In this document: positions 27,501 through 35,648 of the stretch, piece after piece
How positions within the stretch are numbered: position 1 is the first letter of the stretch
Layout: the number at the start of each line of letters is the position of its first letter
Assembly (NCBI GenBank): GCA_964635825.1
Contig: CAZWQJ010000008.1
Coordinates: 1 to 54,634 of the forward strand
DNA from: an uncultured Victivallales bacterium
GTDB taxonomy: Bacteria > Verrucomicrobiota > Kiritimatiellia > UBA8416 > JAIOPI01
DNA length: 54,634 bases
Direction of reading: 5' to 3'
Program-made: the position numbers and the translations under genes
The notes under the pieces: model-generated
The model's database searches: none
The model's input: only the letters and a program-made list of their open reading frames with translations
Told to the model about the DNA's origin: nothing

Positions 27501-30500
27501 CAGCCCCGGCACCCGCCTCACCGTCAATGGCACCCTCGATGTACGCGGCACCGCAACCGCACCCGTTCAAATTCTCCCCGAAGGCGGCACCAACGTCTGG
27601 TCCATCCGCGCCTCCGGCGCCTCCAGCGTCGTCGCCATCTCCAACGCCGTCATGCTCCAGGGATCCATCGCGGTCGATAGCGGCGCCACCCTGCGCCTCA
27701 TCGATTCGACGATTTCCGGCTCCTACGACACCAACGGCATCGTCTCCGCCAGCGGCGCCTCCTCCGCCCTCCTCCTGCGCACCATCGTCCGCGACTTCAA
27801 CCGCACCCGCTTTGCCACCACCCCCACCCTCATCGATCAAAGCCTGTTCGAACGCATGACCGCTGTCGGCATCGACATGGTCGGCACCGCCTCCACCAGC
27901 ACGGTCCGCCGCACCACCTTGCGCGAACCCCTCGGCACCGACGGCATCCGCTTCATCAACGCCACCGCCGGACTCGTCACCAACACCTGGATCAGCGCCA
28001 TGAGCGGCACCGGCATCGTCGCCTCCGCCTCCATCCTCGCCATCGTCGATAGCCTACTCACCGACTGCGATTCCGCTATCGCGCTCACCGCCGGTTCCAC
28101 CACCACCCGCAACCTCACCATCGAGGATGGCCGCGTCGGCATCACCGGCGCCCCCACCGTCACCAACCTCATCCTGCGCGATGTGGACCAGGCCTTCGTC
28201 ACCGGCCCCGCCACCGTCGGCTTCAGCAACGTCGAACTCCCCGCCTACGCCATCCCTGCGGGCCCCGGCAACATGAACCGCAAGGCCTTCTTCCGCGATT
28301 CATCGGAAGCTGACTACCAACTGCTCCCCACCTCCCCCTGCATCGGCACTGGCCTCGGCGGCGTCAACATGGGCGCGCCTTACCCCGTCGGCGCCAACCC
28401 CATCGCCCCCGCCAACCTCCACATAGCCACCACCGACTCCAACTCCATCACCCTCGCCTGGCAGGACCTCAGCACCGACGAATCCGGCTTCGAAATCTTC
28501 CGGCGCGAAATCGACAACAACGACTGGCTCCTCGCCGGTATCGCCGCCTCCGGTAGCACCAATTTCACCGATGCTCCCCTTCCTCAGAACACCGAGTATG
28601 CCTACCGCGTGCGTGCCTTCCACCCCCGCGGCGCCTCCACCTACTCCGACGAAGCCACCGCCACCACCACCTTCCAGGCCTACACCGAAGTCCTGCGCGA
28701 ATTCCTCCGTATCACCGAAGTCCACTACAACCCGTCCGGCTCCGCCGACGATACCGAGTTCATCGAATACAAAAACATCAGCACCAACCTCACCCTCGAC
28801 CTCTCCGGCTGCTACGCCGACAACGGGCGCTGGACCTTCACCAACGGCACCACCCTCGCCCCTCAAGCATTCTTCATCCTCGCCCGCAACTACACCGCCT
28901 TCCATGCTGCCTACCCCAGCATCGCCGTCCGCGGCACCTTCCTCATCGACGACAAACTCGATAACGCCGGCGAAACAATCTACGTCCGAGATGCCGCCGG
29001 CGCCGATATCGTGAACTTCACCTACAGCGACGATCCCACCGATTGGTACCCCGCCACCGACGGCAATGGGTTCACCCTCGTCCCCGTCGACCCCAACCCA
29101 TCTGGCGACGCCAACGCCCCCCTCTACTGGCGCGCCAGCGCCAACCCCAACGGGTCACCCGGCGCTGATGATCCCGAACCCGCCGGCAGCGGCATCGTCG
29201 TCAATGAGGTCCTCGCCCACGCCGACGACCCCTTCGAGGACGCCATCGAATTGCGCAACATCGGCACCAACACCGTCAACATCACCGGCTGGTACCTCAG
29301 CGACAACCCCGACAACCTGAAGCAGTACCTCATCCCCGCCACGGCCCCCCTCGCCCCCGGCGCCTTCAAGGTCTTCTACGAAGGCACCTCCTTCAACCAG
29401 AACCCCGGCGGCCCAGGCAACTTCGCCATCAGCGAATTCGGCGAGGATGTCTATCTCTCCGCCGCCGTCGGCGGCAACCTCACCGGCTACCGCACCGTCG
29501 GCACCCTCCGCAAAGCCATCGAGAACGGCGTCTCCTTCGGCCGCTACATCCGCAGCGATGGCCAGGTCGACTTCACCGCCCTCAGCAACCGAACCTTCGG
29601 CGTCGACTACCCCGCGCCCACCTCGATCCCCCATTTCCGCACCGGCGGCGGCCTGCCCAACGCCGGCCCCAAGGTCGGCCCCGTCGTCATCAACGAAATC
29701 ATGTACAACCCCGCCGCCGGCGGCAAAGAGTTCATCGAAATCCTCAACAGCTCCCCATCCACCGTCTACTTCGGCGACCAGGGCAGCGTCTGGGAATTCG
29801 ACGACGCCGTCGAATTCAAGTTCCCAACCGCCGGATCCCTCGCCCCGGGCGAATTGGCCCTCGTCGTCGGCTCCGACCCCACCGAGTTCCGCCAGCTCTT
29901 CTCGATCCCACCCAGCATCCAGATCTTCGGCCCCTTCACCGGTGCCCTCAACAACGCCGGAGAACCCATCGAACTCTGCAAGCCCGGTGCCTACGACGTC
30001 CAACTCGGGGCCGCCCCCACCGTCATGGTCGAACGCGTCCGCTACAACAACAACGCCCCCTGGCCGACCGCCGCCAACAACGACGGCGCCTCCCTCGAGC
30101 GCATCAACCCGCATCGCTACGGCAACGATCCCACCAACTGGGTCGCCGGCACCATCGGCGGCACCCCAGGCACCGTCAACAACACCTCCGGGCTCCCCAC
30201 CCTCGGCTTCCTCGATGTCCACAGCGACGGCCGCGAAACCAACGAAGTCCGCTATATCGAAGTCACGCTCTCCCCCGCCGGCGCCTCCACCGTCACCGTC
30301 CAATACGCCGCGTCCGGCGGCACCGCCTCCACCAACGACTACTCCCTCAACCCGGGAACCCTCACCTTCTGGCCCTACGAAACCAGCAAGTCCATCGCCC
30401 TCACCATCATCAACGATATCACCCCCGCCGGGGAACCCGACGAAACCGTCCTCATCACCCTCTCCAACGCCAGCCCCAACGCCCTCCTCGGCGGTAATCG

Positions 30501-31848
30501 TGTCTTCGTCCACGAAATCCGCGATGACGACGCCGTCAACCTCCCCCCTCCCGTCATCCTGCCCTCCACCTCACGCTCCTTCCTCTACCGCCTCGATGTG
30601 TCCATGACCCCCACCGTCGCCGGCTCCACCATCCGCTACACCCTCAACGACACCCTCCCCACCGAATCCTCACCCGTCTACACCGGCCCCTTCTGGCTCT
30701 ACAGCAGCACCAAGGTCATCGCCCGTACCTTCCTCGGGTCCTACAACGTCGGCGCCTGGACCAGCGTCGTCTTCAGCGCCCAGTCCATGCCGCGCGACTA
30801 TGAACCCAACCTCCCCACCAACACCGTCGAACTCCCCGTCCGCGCCAGCTCGGACGACGGCGCCCAGTTCTCCAATGGGCGCATGATGGGACTTACCCTC
30901 CCCACCATCCGCCTCGGCGAAGTCGGTGCCTCGGCCGCCCTCTTCCGCTTCTACCCCACGCGCGATGGCATCCCCATGGGCGCCACCGTCACCAACGCCT
31001 TCATCCAGTTCACCGCCGCCGAAGCCAGCTCTGGAACCCCAACCGTCACCATCCGCGGCCAAGCCATCGATCAGGCCCTCACCCTCGGCACCGGCAACAA
31101 CAACATCACCGCACGCCCCCTCACCACCGCCGCCATCCCATGGACCCCCACCGACTGGGTCCTCGGCGACCGCAATGCCGCCCAGCGCACCCCCAACATC
31201 GCCGCCGCCATCCACGAAATCGTCAATCGCCCAGGCTGGCACCCCACCAACGCCCTCGCCGTCGTCTTCAACTTCACCACCCCGTCCGGCTTCCGCAGCG
31301 TCCATAGCTTCGACGGCTCCATGGACTACTGCGCCCTCCTCCACGTCGAATGGTCCGAATCCAACGCCGTCTCCGAATTCTACTTCGGCGTCTCCACCAA
31401 CGGCGCCGGCGCCGTCACCGGCGGCAACCTCTGGGTCCCCGCCAATGCCTACACCTCCGCCACCGCCCATGCCGACCTCCCGCTCCTCTTCTCGCACTGG
31501 TCCGGCAACGTCGGCGCCGCCAACACCAACGCCTCAACCCTCGTCGTTCTCATGGACCAGGACCGCGACGTCACCGCCAACTTCGTCCTCGCCCAGCCCG
31601 AGCCCCCCCATATCCTCGCGGTGCCCGCGGCCACCGGCTCCAGCTTCACCCTCCGCTGGGATAGCCAGGCCCCCTACACCTACTCCGTCACCCGCCTCAC
31701 CAACCTCCTCTGGGGCTGGGACGGCAACAGCGCCATCCTCACCTCCGACATGCCCGCCCATGTCTCCGGCACCAACGAATTCACCGACACCACCAGCCCG
31801 TCCCCCGGCGGCTTCTACTCCATCGGCGCCGACCTCCCCGCACCCTGA
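24538..31848 (+). CDS. ~2436-aa secreted multidomain protein: 4 lamin-tail domains (LTD), CotH kinase-like domain, beta-helix, FN3, Calx-beta, chitobiase/Fn3-associated-like, divergent InlB-B-repeat-like, C-terminal module
   Basis: I placed the start at ATG 24538 (signal ...LAVLATASLLIAPGARA). LTD signatures: DVVINEIMYNP...VELYN.G, LRITEVHYNP...EFIEYKN, IVVNEVLAH...DAIELRN.G...ITGWYLSD, VVINEIMYNP..GGKEFIEILN. CotH-like region from about 25600 (YHMLMNKVNRDQL...VRLRGSGSR...YRINLP). FN3 at about 28400-28670. Calx-beta at about 30230-30530 (VTVQYAASGGTASTNDY...ETSKSIALTIINDI.PAGEPDET). Confidence 0.85.
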   Translation: MTPRSRVWSAVRRLGARHRGTLAVLATASLLIAPGARAADSDVVINEIMYNPYESWPASQPFPSTNATQYVELYNVGTSVVDLTQFRFDTGITFSFTNGTLGPQSLLVVCEDVASFLAAYPTVTNVVGNFSGSLDNAGERVTLSRLVDGNWVTADTIKYFDDDSSDGTGRSLELVHPGFARMRNQSFTDWVASASTNGSPGRTNAMYRSNPTPIVADVTPDTALPPAGSNSAVKITARITGRDGDAMSSVSLEYRKDANPQGLYTNTPMIDTGLGGDAIAGDGVYTAYLPPYDSGMVMANGEMLEFRIRATDNVGTSPYFPATNRASARAGAYSYLVKFGEESHSGEAYPGEYPTYHMLMNKVNRDQLQLPANIQNQIPWDATIVLPDDTVVYNSSVRLRGSGSRVSTLGNYRINLPSGVLFEEFDELNLNHEYALAQFMGMDVTARSGAMASDVALSRVYLNEELKNPGQGIYCRVEGVDGSYIDRHIGDTDIQGNVYNTTGADGAESRYGDLTFNSSVSWYPSQYLISLNNPNTAWYALQDLTSYLTNVVNGEVRNITNRVSVTNWGKIYAASVAVDNSEYGYYAISGGADELRTYDDPYSRQFLMMPWDYSDALGMGASDGTVGSIWGFSFTVIPSFLYNRPILPIYLGGLVDVVTDTMSDANMAAMFTRMGSKMSAINRQNVSNDVVGIRASVMSQIFTNITVTGLPDGARTLTVPTTNMGQNVSAVIDQNHSPAQWFPVGAINVPPAGGGSVTLTRIRPQPITETIADAIMFSNTITGASVILDDGQSGFGVTGTWTTSPTGGYAGGGFRYSTTGGSTSTWAPPSLPSGSYQIYAWLFVSPISVDGSETGARYDLIGGQPHVVLTSLTGRGPQNYTQRMAVNDNPVNWNIRANGNLGAWSVTNSIAIAGEVVDVVVRAVDLDNNTLKSFSFKAIGRRSPTVVQGTIASPTTWSSGSGIVLVTNNVTVNSGITLAVDPGTVVLFSPGTRLTVNGTLDVRGTATAPVQILPEGGTNVWSIRASGASSVVAISNAVMLQGSIAVDSGATLRLIDSTISGSYDTNGIVSASGASSALLLRTIVRDFNRTRFATTPTLIDQSLFERMTAVGIDMVGTASTSTVRRTTLREPLGTDGIRFINATAGLVTNTWISAMSGTGIVASASILAIVDSLLTDCDSAIALTAGSTTTRNLTIEDGRVGITGAPTVTNLILRDVDQAFVTGPATVGFSNVELPAYAIPAGPGNMNRKAFFRDSSEADYQLLPTSPCIGTGLGGVNMGAPYPVGANPIAPANLHIATTDSNSITLAWQDLSTDESGFEIFRREIDNNDWLLAGIAASGSTNFTDAPLPQNTEYAYRVRAFHPRGASTYSDEATATTTFQAYTEVLREFLRITEVHYNPSGSADDTEFIEYKNISTNLTLDLSGCYADNGRWTFTNGTTLAPQAFFILARNYTAFHAAYPSIAVRGTFLIDDKLDNAGETIYVRDAAGADIVNFTYSDDPTDWYPATDGNGFTLVPVDPNPSGDANAPLYWRASANPNGSPGADDPEPAGSGIVVNEVLAHADDPFEDAIELRNIGTNTVNITGWYLSDNPDNLKQYLIPATAPLAPGAFKVFYEGTSFNQNPGGPGNFAISEFGEDVYLSAAVGGNLTGYRTVGTLRKAIENGVSFGRYIRSDGQVDFTALSNRTFGVDYPAPTSIPHFRTGGGLPNAGPKVGPVVINEIMYNPAAGGKEFIEILNSSPSTVYFGDQGSVWEFDDAVEFKFPTAGSLAPGELALVVGSDPTEFRQLFSIPPSIQIFGPFTGALNNAGEPIELCKPGAYDVQLGAAPTVMVERVRYNNNAPWPTAANNDGASLERINPHRYGNDPTNWVAGTIGGTPGTVNNTSGLPTLGFLDVHSDGRETNEVRYIEVTLSPAGASTVTVQYAASGGTASTNDYSLNPGTLTFWPYETSKSIALTIINDITPAGEPDETVLITLSNASPNALLGGNRVFVHEIRDDDAVNLPPPVILPSTSRSFLYRLDVSMTPTVAGSTIRYTLNDTLPTESSPVYTGPFWLYSSTKVIARTFLGSYNVGAWTSVVFSAQSMPRDYEPNLPTNTVELPVRASSDDGAQFSNGRMMGLTLPTIRLGEVGASAALFRFYPTRDGIPMGATVTNAFIQFTAAEASSGTPTVTIRGQAIDQALTLGTGNNNITARPLTTAAIPWTPTDWVLGDRNAAQRTPNIAAAIHEIVNRPGWHPTNALAVVFNFTTPSGFRSVHSFDGSMDYCALLHVEWSESNAVSEFYFGVSTNGAGAVTGGNLWVPANAYTSATAHADLPLLFSHWSGNVGAANTNASTLVVLMDQDRDVTANFVLAQPEPPHILAVPAATGSSFTLRWDSQAPYTYSVTRLTNLLWGWDGNSAILTSDMPAHVSGTNEFTDTTSPSPGGFYSIGADLPAP

Positions 31849-32009
31849 CGCCCGCTTCTCCTATCGCGGAAACACCCTCCGCCGGAACCGAGGTTCTCGC
31901 CGGATGTCCCGTCCGGCTATTGGTTGACACTCTGAGAGCCAACTCGGTTGTCGCCAGCATGTTCTGCACACGTTGGAGCGCCATGTGACTGCATGCTCCA
32001 ACTCCTAAC

Positions 32010-32040
32010 CTGCAAGCATTCGCCTGGCGAATGCTTGCAG
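32010..32040. repeat. Perfect 13-bp-stem hairpin in a 420-bp hairpin-rich intergenic region
   Basis: CTGCAAGCATTCG-cctgg-CGAATGCTTGCAG. Neighbouring stems are TTGGAGC...GCTCCAA (31973-32001), GCCCGCC-tgg-CGGGC and GCGGCGT...ACGCCGC, plus the palindrome GGACTGCAGTCC. Confidence 0.6.
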
Positions 32041-32270
32041 TGGCCCCGAGGCAGGCGTTTGGCTGCCCGCCTGGCGGGCTGGTCACGGAGGTTGGTCAGG
32101 TTGCCCCAGATGCAAGGAAGAGCGAGCGCCGCTGGACTGCAGTCCGCGGCGTTCGCGATGACGCCGCAGGTGGGGCGACCTGGCCGACCTCCTTGGCCAC
32201 CAAACGCATGCCTCAGGATCAAGATCCCTGCTGCACGACGCGCGCGGGATGTGCTAACGTCACCCCAGCC

Positions 32271-33563
32271 ATGAACACGGGCCCTGACTCGATCCCACGC
32301 TCCCTATCGCCCCAACCCGGCACCACCCAAAGCCCCACTCCCTTCGGCCCCATCGGCGGCCTGGTTCAACAACTCGGCATCCTCCCCACCACCATCATCG
32401 CCTTCATCGGCACCCTCGTCGCCTTCTGGCTCTGGAATGCCCGCACCAGCGGACTCCAGGACGCCGTCCTCATCCTCGCTTTCCTCTGCGCCCTCTGGCA
32501 CTACCAGCACACGTCCTGGGCCATCTGGCGCCAACCCGCCGGCCTCCTCGCCCTGGCCGTCGCCACCTTCATGCTGATCCAGATCCCCTTCGGAGTAGCC
32601 CCCGCCATCGCCTGGAAGGCATCCCTCAAGAATGCCGATTTCATCGCCCTCGCCATCGCCCTCCCCGCCGTTCTCGGAGGCCCACGCCGCCTCGGCGTCG
32701 CCCTCCTTTCCGCCGCACTCGCCCTCACCACCGTCATCACCGCCGATCTCGCGCGCCTCGCCGGCACCTACGGCTCCCGACTCGCCGATCGCGCACGCTG
32801 GGATCCCAACCCCGCCCTCAACCACCCCAACATCACCGCCATGGCCGCCGCCATCGCCTTCATCCTGCTCGCTTCCCTCGCCTGGCGCGAACGCCGCCAC
32901 CGCGGCGTCAGCCTCTTCTGTTCCGCCGCCATGCTCCTGAATCTCACCTACGTCATCCTGATGCGCTCCCGCGCCGTTGAAGTCGCCCTCGTCGTCGCCT
33001 GCGGCGCCGCCCTCGTCATGGCCGCCCGCAACCGCCGCACTCGCCTCATCGCTGCCACCATCGTCGCCCTCGGCCTCGCCGCCGTCTTCCTATCCAACCC
33101 GCGCTTCCGTCAGATCGGCCACGTCAGCGCACTCATGGACCGTAATGTCGCCTGGGCCCACACCTGGCAACTGATTCAACAGCGCCCCGTTCTCGGCCAC
33201 GGCTTTGGCGAAACCGTCTTCGTCAACACCTACCACACCACCCATCCTCCCCGCTCCAAGCACCGCTTCTACCACCCCCACCAGTATTGGCTGAATACCC
33301 TCTTTGCCTACGGCTGGATCGGCGCCGCGCTCCAGGCCACCATGTGGATCACCTTGCTGCTCGGTCTCCTGCCCGTACTGCCCGGCTCCCTTGGGCGCCA
33401 CGGCTCCGTCCTCCCGGCCACCGTCTTCGCCATGATCCTCTGCCTCCAGATCGGCGGCCTCGTCGATTGCGCCCCCAACGTCGTCGGCCTCACCACCATC
33501 CTGACCGTCCCCGTCGCCCTCCTCGCCTCCTCCACACGCCAGCGGCACACCGCTCCGCCCTGA
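32271..33563 (+). CDS. O-antigen ligase (Wzy_C/RfaL)-like polytopic membrane protein
   Basis: About 10 or more hydrophobic segments. A central loop with conserved-looking R/H residues (MRSRAVEV..., ...RPVLGHGFGE..F) is typical of O-antigen polymerase/ligase families. I placed the start at ATG 32271 rather than 32031. Confidence 0.55.
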   Translation: MNTGPDSIPRSLSPQPGTTQSPTPFGPIGGLVQQLGILPTTIIAFIGTLVAFWLWNARTSGLQDAVLILAFLCALWHYQHTSWAIWRQPAGLLALAVATFMLIQIPFGVAPAIAWKASLKNADFIALAIALPAVLGGPRRLGVALLSAALALTTVITADLARLAGTYGSRLADRARWDPNPALNHPNITAMAAAIAFILLASLAWRERRHRGVSLFCSAAMLLNLTYVILMRSRAVEVALVVACGAALVMAARNRRTRLIAATIVALGLAAVFLSNPRFRQIGHVSALMDRNVAWAHTWQLIQQRPVLGHGFGETVFVNTYHTTHPPRSKHRFYHPHQYWLNTLFAYGWIGAALQATMWITLLLGLLPVLPGSLGRHGSVLPATVFAMILCLQIGGLVDCAPNVVGLTTILTVPVALLASSTRQRHTAPP

Positions 33564-33612
33564 AAATAACGGGGGATGGAGGGAAGGGTGCCCCTGACGG
33601 GGCCATCGTACT

Positions 33613-33690
33613 CGTGACCTTTGTCGTGACCTTTGTCGCGAGCTTTGTCGCGAGCTTTGTCGGGAGCTTTGTCGGGAGCTTTGTCGGGAT
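33613..33690. repeat. 12-bp tandem repeat, 6.5 copies in an AABBCC pattern
   Basis: CGTGACCTTTGT x2, CGCGAGCTTTGT x2, CGGGAGCTTTGT x2, then CGGGAT. It lies in the convergent intergenic gap between the ligase-like gene and pilC/gspF. Confidence 0.9.
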
Positions 33691-33838
33691 TCAGAACGAC
33701 AAGCCCGAGGACGAGAACGTAGTCGATCGAACCCGATCGCGTTAAGCGAAAGGACCGCGGTACCCCATGGAGGGCCGACCTCCCGCCTACGCCGGGCCTT
33801 CGGCGGGCCAGCCGTGTCGGCCGCCCCGCAACGGGCAC

Positions 33839-35146
33839 CTACGCCATCTTCGTGATGATCGTGATCAACGGCACAAACATCGCGATCACGATCGTGCCCA
33901 CGATGATCGCCAGAAACACAATCATCACCGGCTCGATCACCGATGTCAGGCTCTCCACCGCCGTGTCGACTTCGTCTTCGTAGTTGTCCGCAATACGAAT
34001 CAACATCTCCGGCAGCGCACCCGTCTCTTCGCCAACGTCCACCATGCTGATCACCATGCCCGGAAACACCTTCGACGCCTCCATCGGCATCGTCATGGTG
34101 TCGCCCTCCTTCACGCTGTCGTGAATGCCCTGGATCGCATGGCTGATCGCCGCGTTGCCGGACGTGTCGCGCACAATGTTCAGCGCTTGCAGCACCGGCA
34201 CGCCCGACGTCATCAGCGTCCCCAGCGTCCGCGCAAATCGCGAAATCGACGTCTTAACCACCAATGAGCCGACCATCGGCAGCTTTAGCTTGATCTTGTC
34301 CAGAATGAAGCGGCCCTTCTGCGTCCGCTTGATCAACTTGCCCGCCGTCACAAACAGGCCAATCACCGCCAACACGTAGATCCCGCGGTATCGCAGAATG
34401 TCACTCAAATCGATGACAAATTGCGTCAGCGCCGGCAATGGCGCCCCTTCCAGCAGATCCTTGAAAATCTCCGCGAACTGCGGAATCACCTTCACCAGCA
34501 GCAGCGCCACGATGCCAACCGACACCACCAACACCACGATCGGGTACACCATCGCACCCTTGATCTTGCGCTTGATCGCCTCCGCCTTCTCCATGAACTC
34601 CGCAAGGCGACTGAGCACCACGTCCAGCACGCCGCCCGCTTCACCCGCCTTGATCATGTTCACGTACAGGGAGTCGAACACACGCGGGTACATCGCCAGC
34701 GCTTCCGAGAAGGTGCTGCCCCCCTCCACCGCTTCGCCCATCCCACTCAGGGCCTTGCGAAGAACAGGGTGCCGCTCTTGCTGCAGCAAAATGCGCAGTC
34801 CGCGCAGCAAGGGAAGCCCCGCCTCAATCAGCGTGGCCAACTGGCGCGTCAGGGTCATCAAGTTCTTGGTCTTGACCCGACCCGCCAGGAAATCAGGCAT
34901 CTTAAGTTCTTTCTTAAGACCCTTCGTGGCGCCTTTCGACGCAGGCCCCGCCGCCCCGCCTCCGGCACTCCCGCTGTTGCGGGCTGGCGCACTCTTCGGG
35001 TGCGCACTCTCCAACTCCGCCACCCGCGTCGGGAACAGCCCCTTCCCGCGAATGATCGTAACCGCTTCCGCCTGCGATGCCGCATCAAGGACGCCTTCGG
35101 TCTCGGCGCCCTTCGCATTCATTGCCGTGAACTTGAATCTCGGCAT
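33839..35146 (-). CDS. Type II secretion / type IV pilus platform protein (GspF/PilC family, two T2SSF domains)
   Basis: MPRFKFTAMNAKGAETEGVLDA.S..EA...I...G..P. Then LTRQLATLIEAGLPLLRGL...FSEAL...P.VF...YVNMIKAGEAGG and SRFARTLGTLMTSGVPVLQAL...F....I.MV.VGEETG.L. I placed the start at ATG 35146. Confidence 0.8.
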   Translation of the reverse strand: MPRFKFTAMNAKGAETEGVLDAASQAEAVTIIRGKGLFPTRVAELESAHPKSAPARNSGSAGGGAAGPASKGATKGLKKELKMPDFLAGRVKTKNLMTLTRQLATLIEAGLPLLRGLRILLQQERHPVLRKALSGMGEAVEGGSTFSEALAMYPRVFDSLYVNMIKAGEAGGVLDVVLSRLAEFMEKAEAIKRKIKGAMVYPIVVLVVSVGIVALLLVKVIPQFAEIFKDLLEGAPLPALTQFVIDLSDILRYRGIYVLAVIGLFVTAGKLIKRTQKGRFILDKIKLKLPMVGSLVVKTSISRFARTLGTLMTSGVPVLQALNIVRDTSGNAAISHAIQGIHDSVKEGDTMTMPMEASKVFPGMVISMVDVGEETGALPEMLIRIADNYEDEVDTAVESLTSVIEPVMIVFLAIIVGTIVIAMFVPLITIITKMA

Positions 35147-35220
35147 ACCGCTTCCCCGTGCCTGCAACGCGGCTATCGCAACCACCGGCGAGCCCCACGA
35201 CCCGCCAGCTCAACCGTCTC

Positions 35221-35631
35221 TTACTTCCCCTTCGCCTCGGTAGCGTCTTCGGTCTTCGCCACCTTCACAGGCGCAGCCACGTCCACCCACTCCAGCAGAG
35301 CCACCTCGGCGCCATCGCCACCACGGCTCCCCAGCTTGATGATGCGCGTGTAGCCACCCTTCCGACCCTGGATCTTCGGAAGAATCCCGTCAAACAACTC
35401 GCGCACGCACACTTCGCGGTGCAAACTCGACAACACCGCGCGCCGCGCCGAAAGCGTCCCCTTGCGCGCCAGCGTCACCATCTTCTCCGCCGCCCGCCGC
35501 GCCACCCGCGCCTTCGGCAACGTCGTCTTGATGCGCTTATCCGTGATCAACCCACAAATCAGCGCGGCTTCCAACGCCGCACGGTGCGCCTTGCTGCGCC
35601 CCATCGGCTTATCTACCTTACGGTGTCTCAT
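35221..35631 (-). CDS. rplQ: 50S ribosomal protein L17
   Basis: MRHRKVDKPMGRSKAHRAAL...GGYTRIIKLG.R.GD. Confidence 0.95.
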   Translation of the reverse strand: MRHRKVDKPMGRSKAHRAALEAALICGLITDKRIKTTLPKARVARRAAEKMVTLARKGTLSARRAVLSSLHREVCVRELFDGILPKIQGRKGGYTRIIKLGSRGGDGAEVALLEWVDVAAPVKVAKTEDATEAKGK

Positions 35632-35648
35632 GATCCTTCGCCGCTCCG

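Noticed and set aside
33613-33690. Possible CRISPR array.
   Set aside because: The repeats are only 12 bp long and directly abutting, with no spacers. No cas genes are in the window.
33308-33838. 176-aa minus-strand ORF starting right after the pilC/gspF stop and containing the tetrapeptide (P/R/H)DK(A/G) repeats.
   Set aside because: It has a GTG start without an SD. Its composition is Arg/Gly/Pro-rich. Its last ~85 codons overlap the 3' end of the ligase-like gene on the opposite strand. The repeat is better explained as a non-coding 12-bp minisatellite. It is kept only as an alternative in the tandem-repeat finding.
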